Positions 49,458 to 62,275 of a stretch of DNA of 64,000 nucleotides are shown here, one piece after another. The stretch is from Ostrea edulis (Eukaryota). Below the pieces are notes generated by a model that saw only the letters and a list, made by a program, of their open reading frames with translations, had not been told where the DNA came from and searched no databases. The translations under genes were made by a program, and so were the position numbers. Each line of letters opens with the position of its first letter. The stretch's first letter is position 1. The stretch covers positions 59,520,001 through 59,584,000 of the forward strand of contig NC_079172.1 of the NCBI RefSeq assembly GCF_947568905.1, in the 5' to 3' direction.

Positions 49458-52400
49458 TATATTTAACACTGATTTTGGCTACGGATTGGTCCGTTTATCT
49501 GATCAAGATATAGGGATTACGGCGGTTGGGACCATTTGACAGGTGGTGTTTACTCTTCCTAGGCACCTGATCCCACTTCTGCTACGCCCAACTCTCCTTT
49601 CATATGTATAGATATAGATATGGTCTTGGTACACTGATTTTGACTACGGATTGCTCAGTTTACCTGATCAAGATATAGGGATTATGGCGGGTGGAACCGG
49701 CTAACAGGGGAAGCATACTCCTTCTAGGCAACTAATCCCAACTCTGGTATGCGCAGTGGTCCGTTTTGTCCACCTTTTTATTTTGTATTCCTTATGAGAG
49801 TTATGGGATTGCTCACTGTTCGCTATCTTTGACTTTCGTGTACGACATATTTGATTTTGAACATTAGATACAGAAAGGTTTACTCAAATTCCAACATCAA
49901 ATTTCATCGAAAACCACGTATACTTTTTTTTTTTTTTTTTTTTTTACATGTTTGCATTTGAAATATGTAATTCATGAACTGTTATAGAAATATTATCATT
50001 TTACATTTACTATTATATAAATATTGCATATAGTTAAGGGTGACATTGATAATTTTCACTCCGAGAAAACTGTTGTCAACCGAGGCGTATTTATTTTATT
50101 ATACTGAATGTTATGTACACAGGGAAGCAGAAAAACTTACGTCTGTTGACATTTGATCAATCACTGTCATGCGACATTTCGTATATCGATGCGAATATTC
50201 ACGTTTATTATAAACGCTCAAATGACATCGTCTAAAAATCTACGACGAACCGTACGCGCATAAATTTGACGCATGTGATATAATATCACCCGTTGTCAAG
50301 TACTATTACCCGTTGCTAGATACTATCACCCTGGAGCACGTGTTTTCTGTTCTCAGAGGGTAATAATATGTTTTTTCAAATGCTTCTCGACCAATCAGAT
50401 TCGAGTATTTTATATAATAAATTTCATTACAATATGATGGCGTGTTGTTCATGAATTCATCCTGAAATATGTGTTAAATCAAAATCTAAAATGATGTTCG
50501 AGTAAGGACTTTAATTACAGACTTTGAAATGGAAATCCATCAAACCAATTGGCATTGCTTACCGTACACGGCTCAGTCAAATGTTTTCATATACTACAGA
50601 CTGAATAGCCTATTGATTCACGAGAACGTCCTCATATTGACAGTGTTGTTTCCTCGTGTTTTGACCTAGTACTGTCATTGTTAACTGCAATGATTTGAAA
50701 TTGTATCATGCAATGGTAACTGAGAGCCACATGGTGTTCATGATGGACAGAATATTTATGTACGAACCAGTGTAAAGTGTGACCAGTATTATGCTTGATT
50801 ATAATTCTACTGTGATGTTTGCTATTGTCACATTACATTTGAAATACCTGAGGTCGTTTTACATACTTCATTTGATTAAATACAGGACCCTGAAAATGCA
50901 TGAACACCAATCTGTCATAAATTGTAACAATAAATATCATTGAAGTCCATGATAATTTTTTTCTGGCTGGCAGAAATTTATAAGTTTATGATACATGTTT
51001 GACACCGCTATACATGAATTCCCAATCAATGATTAATAGATTAATTCACGATCATTCCGGAGTTGTCATACACTTATAGATTAGTTGTTCCATTTTATAA
51101 TAAACTAAACTTTCTGAGATAGGTTTAAATTATCACTAATTTAGTTTTTAATGTTAAATTGATAACTAATTAACTAGGATTGTATGGATGAATTACATCC
51201 TTGGTTTCTTGCAGACCAGGAAATGGTGATTTTGATAAACCCTTTAATCAAATGGGTTGTAACCCCTGTAACCCATTACAACTCTCCCATCGAGGTAATA
51301 TCGTGTTATCGTGACTTTGGATTCCATCTGATTCATGATATTACAATATACGTACATATTAATGTACATACATTCTCACCACGGACTGCATATCATTTTC
51401 ATTCACGTGATTTGGACATATTATCTTACCAAAGCTCAAAAGGTGAAACCTGTTATGTAAGGATACTTTTCATAATAACCACTTGAAGTATACACTGAAC
51501 AGAGCGTCTTGATGACCATACACACCAAAAGCACAAGTCACGATATAAATAATGTGATCATTCACTAGTAAGCATGATTATGATTTATACAATAATTATT
51601 TTCATGTTGTGTTACTGAATCATTTAAAAATCAATTTTTCAGTGCACATAGCCGAAAGCTTGTGAATCTAAGATTTACAAAAAAAATCATAATTCCATAA
51701 ATGATAAAATGAGTTTTCACATAATCAATGATAAGTGTAAACCCTTCTAAAGTCATCAGTGATTTAACTGAAATACATATACTTAATGAGAACTGCAACA
51801 ATTTACGTTCATTCTAAGTTCAATGTGTGGTTAGGAATTGATCATATCTTGAGTACATACACAGATGATGATAACTAAAATATAATTACATAAGCTGTTA
51901 TTAAATCACACGACAATGTTGACGTCCAAGATAAAGATACAAATAGCTTTTGCATGGAATAAATATTCAAAAGTTTCCCGCATCTAATTTTAGATTGTCC
52001 TTAAATGGATATATTACACCTCTAATGTCGGATGCTGATTGTTTTATGTTTTAAAATGCTGTACATTGTGACGTACAAGCGACCTTTCATCTTGGTAAAA
52101 AGGCGCATGATACCAATAAGGATTCGCCATTTACCTATTCCAGGCACATAGGATCGATTTTCAATGGGTGCTGCTTTTTCATTCACAATATCAATCTCAC
52201 ATTCTCATCCACTACTACTATAAAAATAGTGGGATAGGGAGAGTCATTCTATAGATCTTTATTGGTACATCAGAATAACAGGTAATGATCATTGTTACAA
52301 ATATGGAGGGACACCCCCCCCCTCCCCTGATTTTACATGCCCGAATTTATACTCCCTTTCACGTGATATTACTGAGATAGCATATGGCATAGTGACGTTG

Positions 52401-55400
52401 CAAGGCTTATTTCTTTTTAAAGTAAATTCTAATGCAAATGTTTGCTAGTTCGACTCAAAGTCAAACTTTTAACCATTAATTCCATGTTGAATCAATGAGT
52501 GTCGGGTGTGTCGTTCATATATCACATTAATGTTTCAAAGTATCGAAACATCACAGATCATTCGTATGATTTTATAAGTTTTGTGTTTCAAGTATTGCTG
52601 ATTGGGAAAAGGGAAATATTATATAATCTAGTAAAACAATACATCTGTCACGAATAGCTGAGCTATTGGTGGTTTACGTGGAGACAACCCAAAGAGAACA
52701 AGAATTTTGTAACACTTTACATATTTAATGGAATTCATTATCAAGATACAAGTATGAAATTAAGATGTTGATGGGTATGGTTTGTCACTACTGGTTTGTC
52801 CTTCATACACTCCGTCCCTGTGAGGTGTTCTACAAGAAACAGTCCCTAGTTTAATTGTCACTACTGTTTTGTCCTTTACACACTCCGTCCCTGCTACAAG
52901 ACGTGTTCTACGAAGAAACTATCCCTTTCAACACACACACGTCTTACGGGTCCACAGGTAGGACACCACACATAACCGAGCTTCTCGGGATAACAGGTTG
53001 TTGGGAAATCACAAGAAATACACAGGCGGACAGGACCTATTCCAACATATATCAACAAAACACATTATACAACATGAAACAAGTATTGAGGCTTTACACG
53101 TACATATGGTACTACTCATTAACACATTTTAGATACTGATACTGTCTTGGTAAGACATACAAAATGCACTTACACTTAGTTACTTATAAGACTTGATACA
53201 CAAAATTCATACATAATGGCCACGTTGCGAATTACTACAAAGAAGAACAAATTTGTAAGTTTATGACCGTATATGCACACCACACTTACAACATTCAAAC
53301 ACGTTTCTAAACATGGAAAGTAACTTAATATATCAACATAGGCATGCTTAAACTAATGAGAAATACCATAACTGGGTGTTTTAGGACAAATGAATGAAAT
53401 TAGAGAAAATTACGAAGATGGCAGTATAAATAAGATAAAAGCCTTACCTCAGAAAAGCAGGACCATATAACTAAAATTTGTCATCACAGCGCCAGCCATG
53501 TGGATAATAAAGAATTCAATGGTGATACAATTTAGATATAACGAGAGAAGTATATTGACGTCCTTCTCCCTGGACTACCGTGTCCAATATGATTTGTAGC
53601 ACGGACTGAGAGTTTAAAGGTCCAGTGAACTGAGGTATTTACAGTGAAAAAAACCCTGAACTGACAGTGACTCAGTTCGGGTTATATGGGACTAGGACTA
53701 AAATATATTTATTTACATAACTCATTTTAATGTGACAACATCCATCAGATTTCATCAAATATTGTAAACTACTGGTAAAGTAATATTTGACGGGATAAAA
53801 GTGCACTTTCTTAGATCTATAAGTTTGTCATTTTTGTATGGGTTTACGGTGATTCCTTATAAATAATTTTGTTACTAAGAATATATATCTTTCAACGTAT
53901 GCTGTTATTTGTATTATAAAATTTTATAAAACATAGAGTTATGATTTGATAAGATCTTTGATGGAAGTGATATCGCATTAAATGAAACTCAAAATTTCGA
54001 ATGTTCTTCATGTAACCAAAAAGAGCTTTAAATTTGACATACACGATAACATATCAGTGATCAAAATATTCACAAAGTGTTTAGTGATTCTGCACATTGG
54101 TTGCAAAAACTGACTTTCGATTCAAATTCGAATAAATCTAGAAATTGTTGACACAATTGATGCAGAGTAATGTACATATCTTCTTACTATGGAATGGGCA
54201 TTTTCTTGATACATAATAACATATTTGTTAATGTTACTATGTATGATTTGGATTCATATTTATATCGCAACTAAAAAAGACAACCATCTAATCATCAATG
54301 GATCCATAAAGAATTATATCGAGACTCCTTTTATAAGAACCAGACAAAAGTTACACTTAACAGAATATCTTGATGATTATTTATAGTTAGATGGTGTGTC
54401 ATGATGTTGATGGCGAGATCAGTTATAAATGATTGTGATATCTACAGTGATGATCTTCAATACGATATTAATATAACAGAGGTCACTCTTCACACTTTGA
54501 TTTGTTAAAGGTCAGGCATTTTAAACATAATTCAGATAATAGAAACTTCATATCATGAATCTGAATCATGCTCAATCGAACTTCTATAAAGCGTAAACTT
54601 AGATTGCACACAATAGATCAGTTGATAACACATCTTAAGCTCGTATGATGATGGCTACATGGCTATTGTTAACATTTAACATGGACCCTTGGATATACCA
54701 AAGATGGGATAAGATATCCAGGAGGAGTAAGCATTTCTTGTTCGCCGGTCACACCCGCCTTGACCCCTGTATCTTGATCATGTAAACGTAGTAATCTGTA
54801 ATCAAAAGTAGCATGAAAAGAACGGTCTACCGATTTGTCTGAAACACGTCAGACAGCATTCGACCCAATGACATGTACATGTAGCAACACAATGGGAATG
54901 AAATGTATTGTGGCGTCCATCTTAGGACGTCATATGGCTTAACGACAACGTTGTTTATACCACCATAGTTATAAGGATTATTGATGAAGTCAAAATTAAA
55001 CTTTCAAAGTAATTGTGTTTACCAGTAAAAATCAGACTTTCAAGGAAATTGTTTTTACAACTGATATTAAATCATTTGAGTAATTGAAGATATATCTGTA
55101 GAGTAAAACACGCTTATAACGAACACGCTTAAAACAAATTCCCGCTTATTGCGAAGTGATATTTATTCCCTTATAAAAGAAAAGAACGAAACTTTTATTG
55201 TATATAACGAAGTTTGGCTATAACGGACTGTTTTTTGCTGAATCTGGAGTTTCGCTATATAACAGGGTTTTACTGTATTAGTATTTTTAAAAATCTATCT
55301 AAGAAGAAGTGAATGCGATAACCTACAGGTTTTTGTTTTTTTGGCTTCAATTTAGGTCCGATTTCCAGATCCATCTCAAATTGAAAATCATGGATATTTC

Positions 55401-56047
55401 AACGAATTTCAATTTTTTTTTCCCAATCAAGCGACCTTAAAATTCCATACATAGAAAATCAGAACTAACTGATGTTAATTTGTTTCCCTGTGCACAATCA
55501 CACTACGTTATACGAAAAATACCTTGCAGCGATATTTTCTAATGCGTAATGTCCCGATATATTTAATTGAAAAAACATTTATGAAACTTGCAATAGAAAT
55601 ACTATATCAACTTTATTAATCCTTAGAATTTCATGTAAAGAATACGTCCGCATGCCTTTTTCTAAATTCATTTGATTTGATAATTTGCCGAGGAGTTCAA
55701 AGGATGTAGATTGTTTACCGGTATTCACCAGAAACTTGAGGAATGTTGCTTCATGAAGCAGTTTTTAAGCAAGAATGACACCGTTTAAATTTCCTCGACA
55801 ACTTGTAAAGCAGTAATTGTAAAGCGGAGTTTGCGGATCCAGAAAAATCAACCCCCCGAAGTTTCAGTCTCTCATTAATCAATCTTGAACAAATTACAAC
55901 ACAGATAAATACACATGAAGGGCTCAAATGAATTTTATTGAGACTTGTTTTAACTAAAAAACAATAACATAAAAAAAAGGAATATAAATATAAATAAAAT
56001 TACCTGACAGAAATATTCTTTCGAAATATATGAAATACCTATGCATA

Positions 56048-56099
<52 letters not shown>

Positions 56100-56238
56100 A
56101 AATACACATGAAGGGCTCAAATGAATTTTATTGAGACTTGTTTTAACTAAAAACAATAACATAAAAAAAGGAATATAAATATAAATAAAATTACCTGAGA
56201 GAAATATTCTTTTGAAATATATGAAATACCTATGCATA

Positions 56239-56306
<68 letters not shown>

Positions 56307-58007
56307 AAATGTGTCTGTATTGTGACGTCATTATATTTTTATTGTCATATTTTATTTAATATTTTACTTATGGATTACTGGACACTGAGCCAATTTTTCA
56401 CATTTGGATATATATATATCGTCTTGGCACACTGATTTCGACTACGGATAGCTCCGTTTACTTGATCAAGATATAGAAATAATTATGGCGGATGAGACCG
56501 GTCGACAGGCGATGTTTTCTCCTTCTAGGCACCTGATCCCACCTCAGGTGTGCCCAACTCTCTATTTTGTATTGCTTATGGGAGTTTTGGGATTGATAAC
56601 TATTCGTTATCTTCGCATTTCGTATGTCATATTTGATTGTGAACATTGAATGCAGAGAGGTTTACTCAAATTGCAACATCTTATTTCATCGAAAACTACG
56701 TATACTTTGTTACATGTATACATCTGAAAATATAATTCGTGTGGTATTATAGAAATAGCATCGTTTCACATTTACTATATGTCATTATAACATGATGGCG
56801 TGTTGTTCTCGAATTCATTCTGAAACATATGTTACATCAAAATAGTGTTCGAGTAGGGACTTTAATTACAGACTTTGAATTGGAAACCCATCAAAACAAT
56901 TGGCATCGCTTACCGTACATGGCTCACCCTGGTGCAAGGTTTTCATACACTACAGAATGGGTATCATTAATGTACAGGAACGTCCTCATATTGACAGTGT
57001 TTTTCCTCGTGTTTTGACCTAGTAGTTTAATTGTTAGCTTTAATAATTCACAATTGTATCATGCTGTATCATGCCATGGTAACCGATAACCAGATTGAGT
57101 TCATGATGGACAGAATAATTAACTAAGAATCAATACAAGATGTGGCCAGCATCATACTTGATCATAATTCTAATGTGATGTTTGCCTTTTGTCACATTTC
57201 CTAGTACTTTAATTGTTATTTGGAATAATTCACAATCGTATCATGCCACAGTGAGTTATACAACCATATGGAGTTCATGATGGACAGAATATTTATCTAA
57301 GAACCAATGTTAGGTGTGGACAGTATTATACTTGATCACAATTATACTGCGACGTTTGCCTTTTGTCACATTTCATTTGAAATACTGGAGGTGATTCCAC
57401 GTACTTCATTTGAGTAAATACAGGACACTGAAAACTGAATATCATTTTAATGTATGAACATCAATCTATCGTAAATCGTAACGATATATGTCATCAAAAT
57501 TCAACGATATTTTTTCTGACTGGCATGTAATCAAGTTTATCATACATGTTACAAACCGTTTTCTATTCATTAGTGATATGACTTCAACACAAGCATGGAT
57601 TCCCAATCATTGATTAACAGATTGACTCACGATCATTCTGGACTATTTATACACTGGTAGACTACTTTTTGATACAGTTGTCACTATATGAACTGTGAAT
57701 GTTAAGTCCATAACTAATTGACTAAGATTGTATGCATGCATTAAATCCTTCAAAAATAGTGTATCACACGTGATAAATCCAATTATACATTTTCCGAAGA
57801 ATGATTTTTGTATTTCTTTATGAAGATTTTTCTCTCATTATTACAGATGGTGATTGTCTTAGATGGTTCACGACTTTAAAAGTTCACTTCCATTAATGAT
57901 TTATTCTCACAAATGTAATATACAGTTATGATGTTATAAACACTAAAACAATTCTGAATAACATGATGCAGAATGTGTGGACACGTACTATTATTTTTTT
58001 CATTCAG

Positions 58008-58079
58008 AGATTTAGAACGAAATCGATTGATAATGATAGAGAGTGGTAGTTTTGAAGGACTATCCAAGCTAGAGTATCT
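58008..58079 (+). pseudogene. 72-bp LRR exon, donor lost (unit A3)
   Basis: CAG|a-DLERNRLIMIESGSFEGLSKLEY-ct|TTAAGT. Confidence 0.8.
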
Positions 58080-58629
58080 TTAAGTATCTTATTATTGTAC
58101 ACTTGTATTATACCAATTCTTACAAATTCTGTTCATGGATTGTGGTGAAATAGTAAGATTTCCTTACTAAATATTTGTAAGTTGTTCTAATTTTTATTTC
58201 TCTTGGTTTATAAGATTGAAATATTTGATTCGGTCTTACATCAAATGATAACCACAGATGCAGTTGTTTTCACGTGAAGTAATGGGGTTTCCTTTCTGCT
58301 TTTTTATTTGATGGGTTAGGGAATAATTCATGTTAAACAATTATTTAAGCCTTAATTCACTCATTGAGTGAATCCAGAAAAACTACAGAGAGGCCTGGGG
58401 GTTGCGACACAAGATGATACCTTTTCCGCCTATAACTTGGTTGTTTGCAGACCACAAAATGGCGATTTTGATAAAACCTTTAATCAAATGGGTTTCAACC
58501 CCTGTAAACCCTTACAACCCCCCCCCCCCGCGTTATCGTGACTTTGGATTCTAATTTCGTCTGATTCAGAATATTACAATTTACGTATATATTAATGTAC
58601 ATTCATTCTGACAACGGACTGTATATCAT

Positions 58630-60068
58630 TTTGATTCACATGATTTGGACATATTATCTTACCAAAGCTCAAAATGATAAACATGGCTGAATTCATGAAC
58701 AATTATATGAGGATACTTTTCATTATAACCACTTGAAGTTATACTGAATGACCATACACGCTAAAACCAAACGTCAAAATATATATGATGAGATCATTTA
58801 CAAGTAAACATGATCACGATTTCTACAATAATGACTTTCATGTTGTGTTACTGAATCATTTAAAAACCACATTTTAGTGCATATCGACAAAAACATGCGA
58901 ATGTAAAACTTATACGGTATCAATTTTAATGCAGCAGATTCGCATTTCGACAAATACTGTCTCTTCAGTGATGCTCAATCGAAATGTTTGAAATCCGAAA
59001 TAACTATGAAGTTTTAGAGCTAAATATATCCAAAAACAATGAATCTAAAAAACAGTTAAAACTAAATATTCCAGTAATGATGAGCTGAGTTTGCACATAA
59101 TTGATATGTTGGTAATTTGTGGAAACCCTTCTCAAGTCATCAATGATCTAACTGAAATACACATACTTAATGAGAAGTTTTGCTATCATTCTATGCTCAA
59201 TATATAGATAGGGGTTTTAGGCTAGCAATGATCATATGTTGAGTGCATATATGAATGATGATAAAATAAAATATGTACATATGATGATAAAATAAAATAT
59301 ATTTACATAAATTTTTACTCAATCACACGTTAAAGTTGACGTCTAGGATAAAGAGACGCATAGTTCATGCATGGAATAATTATTCAAAAGTATTGCTTCA
59401 TACTTCCTGCATCTAATTTTAGACTGTCCCTAAATGGATACATTACACCTCTCATGATATCTCAGATTGTTTTACGTTTTAAAATACTGTACATTGTGAC
59501 GTGCAAGAGACCTTTCATCTTGGTAAAAAGGCGTATGATACCAAAAGGATTCGCCAGTTACCAATTCCAGACACATAGGAGCGATTTTCAAAGGGGCAGC
59601 TTTTTATCCAGAATTTTCAACCTCACATTCTCATTCACTGTTACTATGAAAAATAGTGGGATAGGGGGAGTCATTCTTTAGATCTTTATTTGTACATCAG
59701 AATAACAGGTAATGATCATTGTCACAAATGTGGAGGGACAACCCCCCCTTCCCTGATTTTACATGCCCGAATTCATACTCCGTTTCACGTGACATTACTG
59801 AGATACCATGCACTGGTGAAATTGCAACATATGTTTAACATATTTTAAACATATGATAATCATATAGAAGGAACACTCAAGGTAAACGTACGTTTTCAAA
59901 CATCTGATTGACATATCTTTATAGAATGAACAACATATGTTTGCATTACTTTACAATAAACATATATTTTGTTCATATTCAAATATTTATCGTATGATTT
60001 TCATATTATCAATATGCAAAATTGTAATATGCTGTTTATATTAAACATATGTTTAACACACACACACA

Positions 60069-60111
<43 letters not shown>

Positions 60112-62275
60112 CATATGTTTAACATATATCAATCATATGTTTAACATGTATTAAACATATATTTAGGATACATTTGTATATTCAAGGTGTTTGGAAACAC
60201 GATAATCTTGAAGGGACACACAACATATTTGTTGTTATATGAACATACATGTCGGAAGGAACCAGTCTTTATTTATAATTCAGTTTGCACTGCACCTGAA
60301 AGGTATCACACCGGTAATTATTTTCACTTTATATTACTATAGAGGGGAAAAAATTCATTAAAAATCAGTTTACAAAATTGATGCCGAATAACGAAGTCAG
60401 ACACGTTCTATGTTACGTCTCTCATCTGTCGAAACTAGAAAAACAACACCCTATGGAATGATTTTGATTCACATGATTTGGACATATTATCTTACCAAAG
60501 CTCAAAATGATAAACATGGCTGAATTCATGAACAATTATATGAGGATACTTTTCATTATAACCACTTGAAGTTACACTGAATGACCATACACGCTAAAAC
60601 CAAAAGTCAAAATATATATGATGAGATCATTTACAAGTAAACATGATCACGATTTCTACAATAATGATTTTCATGTTCTGTTATTGAATCATTTAAAAAC
60701 CACATTTTAGTGCATATCGACAAAAGCATGTGAATGTAAAACTTATATGGTACCAATTTTGATACAGCAGATGCGCATTTCGACAAATAATGTGTCTTCA
60801 GTGATGCTCAACCAAAATTTTTGAAATCCGATATAACTATGAAGTTTTAGAGCTAAATATAGCCAAAAACAATGAATCTAAAAAACAATTAAAAATGAAT
60901 ATTCCAGTAATGATGAGCTGAGTTTGCACATAATTAATATGTTGGTAATTTGTGTAAACCGCTCTCAAGTCATCAGTGATCTCACTGAAATACACATACT
61001 TAATGAGAAGTTTTGCGATCATTCTAAGCTCGATATATAGATAGGGGTTTTAGGCTAGCAATGAGCATATGTTGAGTGCATATATAGATGATAATAAAAT
61101 AAAATATATACATATGATGATAAAATAAAATATATCTACATAAATTTTTACTCAATCACACTTTAAAGTTGACGTCTAGGATAAAGAGACGCATAGTTTA
61201 TGCATGGAATAATTATTCAAAAGTATTGCTTCATACTTCCTGCATCTAATTTTAGACTGTCCCTAAGTGGATACATTACACCTTTCATGATATCTCAGAT
61301 TGTTTTATGTTTTAAAATACTGTACATTGTGACGTGCAAGAGACCTTTCATCTTGGTAAAAAGGCGTATGATACCAAAAGGATTCGCCAGTTACCAATTC
61401 CAGACACATAGGAGCGATTTTCAAAGGGGCAGCTTTTTATCCAGAATTTTCAACCTCACATTCTCATTCACTACTACTATGAAAAATAGTGGGATAGGGG
61501 GAGTCATTCTTTAGATCTTTATTTGTACATCAGAATAAAAGGTAATGATCAATGTTACAAATGTGGAGGGACCCCCCCCCCCCTTCCCTGATTTTACATG
61601 CCCGAATTCATACTCCGTTTCACGTGACATTACTGAGATACCATGCACTGGTGAAATTGCAACATATGTTTAACATATTTTAAACATATGATAATCATAT
61701 AAAAGGAACACTCAAGGTAAACGTTCGTTTTCAAACATATGATTGACATATCTTTATAGAATGAACAACATATGTTTCCATTACTTTACAATAAACATAT
61801 ATTTTGTTCATATGATATTCATATATTTATCGTATGATTTTCATATTATCAATATGCAAAATTGTAATATCCTGTTTATATTAAACATATGTTTAACATA
61901 TATATATTTATATAGCATATGTTTAACATATATCAATCATATGTTTAACATGTATTAAACATATATTTGACATGCATCAAACATATATTTAGGATACATT
62001 TGTATATTCAAGGTGTTTGGAAACACGATAATCTTGAAGGGACACACAACATATTTGTTGTTGTATGAACATACATGTCGGAAGGAACCAGCCTTTATTT
62101 ATAATTCAGTTTGCACTGCACCTGAAAGGTATCACACCGGTAATTATTTTCACTTTATATTACTATAGAGGGGGAAAATCATTAAAAATCAGTTTACAAA
62201 ATTGATGCCGAATAACGAAGTCAGACACGTTCTATGCTACGTCTCTCGTCTGTCGAAACCAGAAAAAACAACACC
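58630..62275. repeat. ~1.83-kb internal tandem duplication within unit A3
   Basis: 58630-60455 is repeated at ~60463-62275; the junction breaks the MITE that starts at 60302. Confidence 0.88.
58905..59038 (-). mobile_element. Antisense partial copy of the hammerhead element (hammerhead 58931-58974); duplicated at ~60735-60872 (hammerhead 60764-60807)
   Basis: Reverse complement of ~15920-16056. The site is empty in unit A1 (~25080-25095). Confidence 0.85.

Noticed and set aside
49221-49539. ORFs spanning N runs (also 32231..32446)
   Set aside because: Artefacts of translating through assembly gaps.
58683-58697. HEFSH (HExxH metalloprotease-like) motif on the minus strand
   Set aside because: Surrounded by stops, absent or deleted in A1 and B units, and antisense to the LRR-like PKLxxLNM reading.
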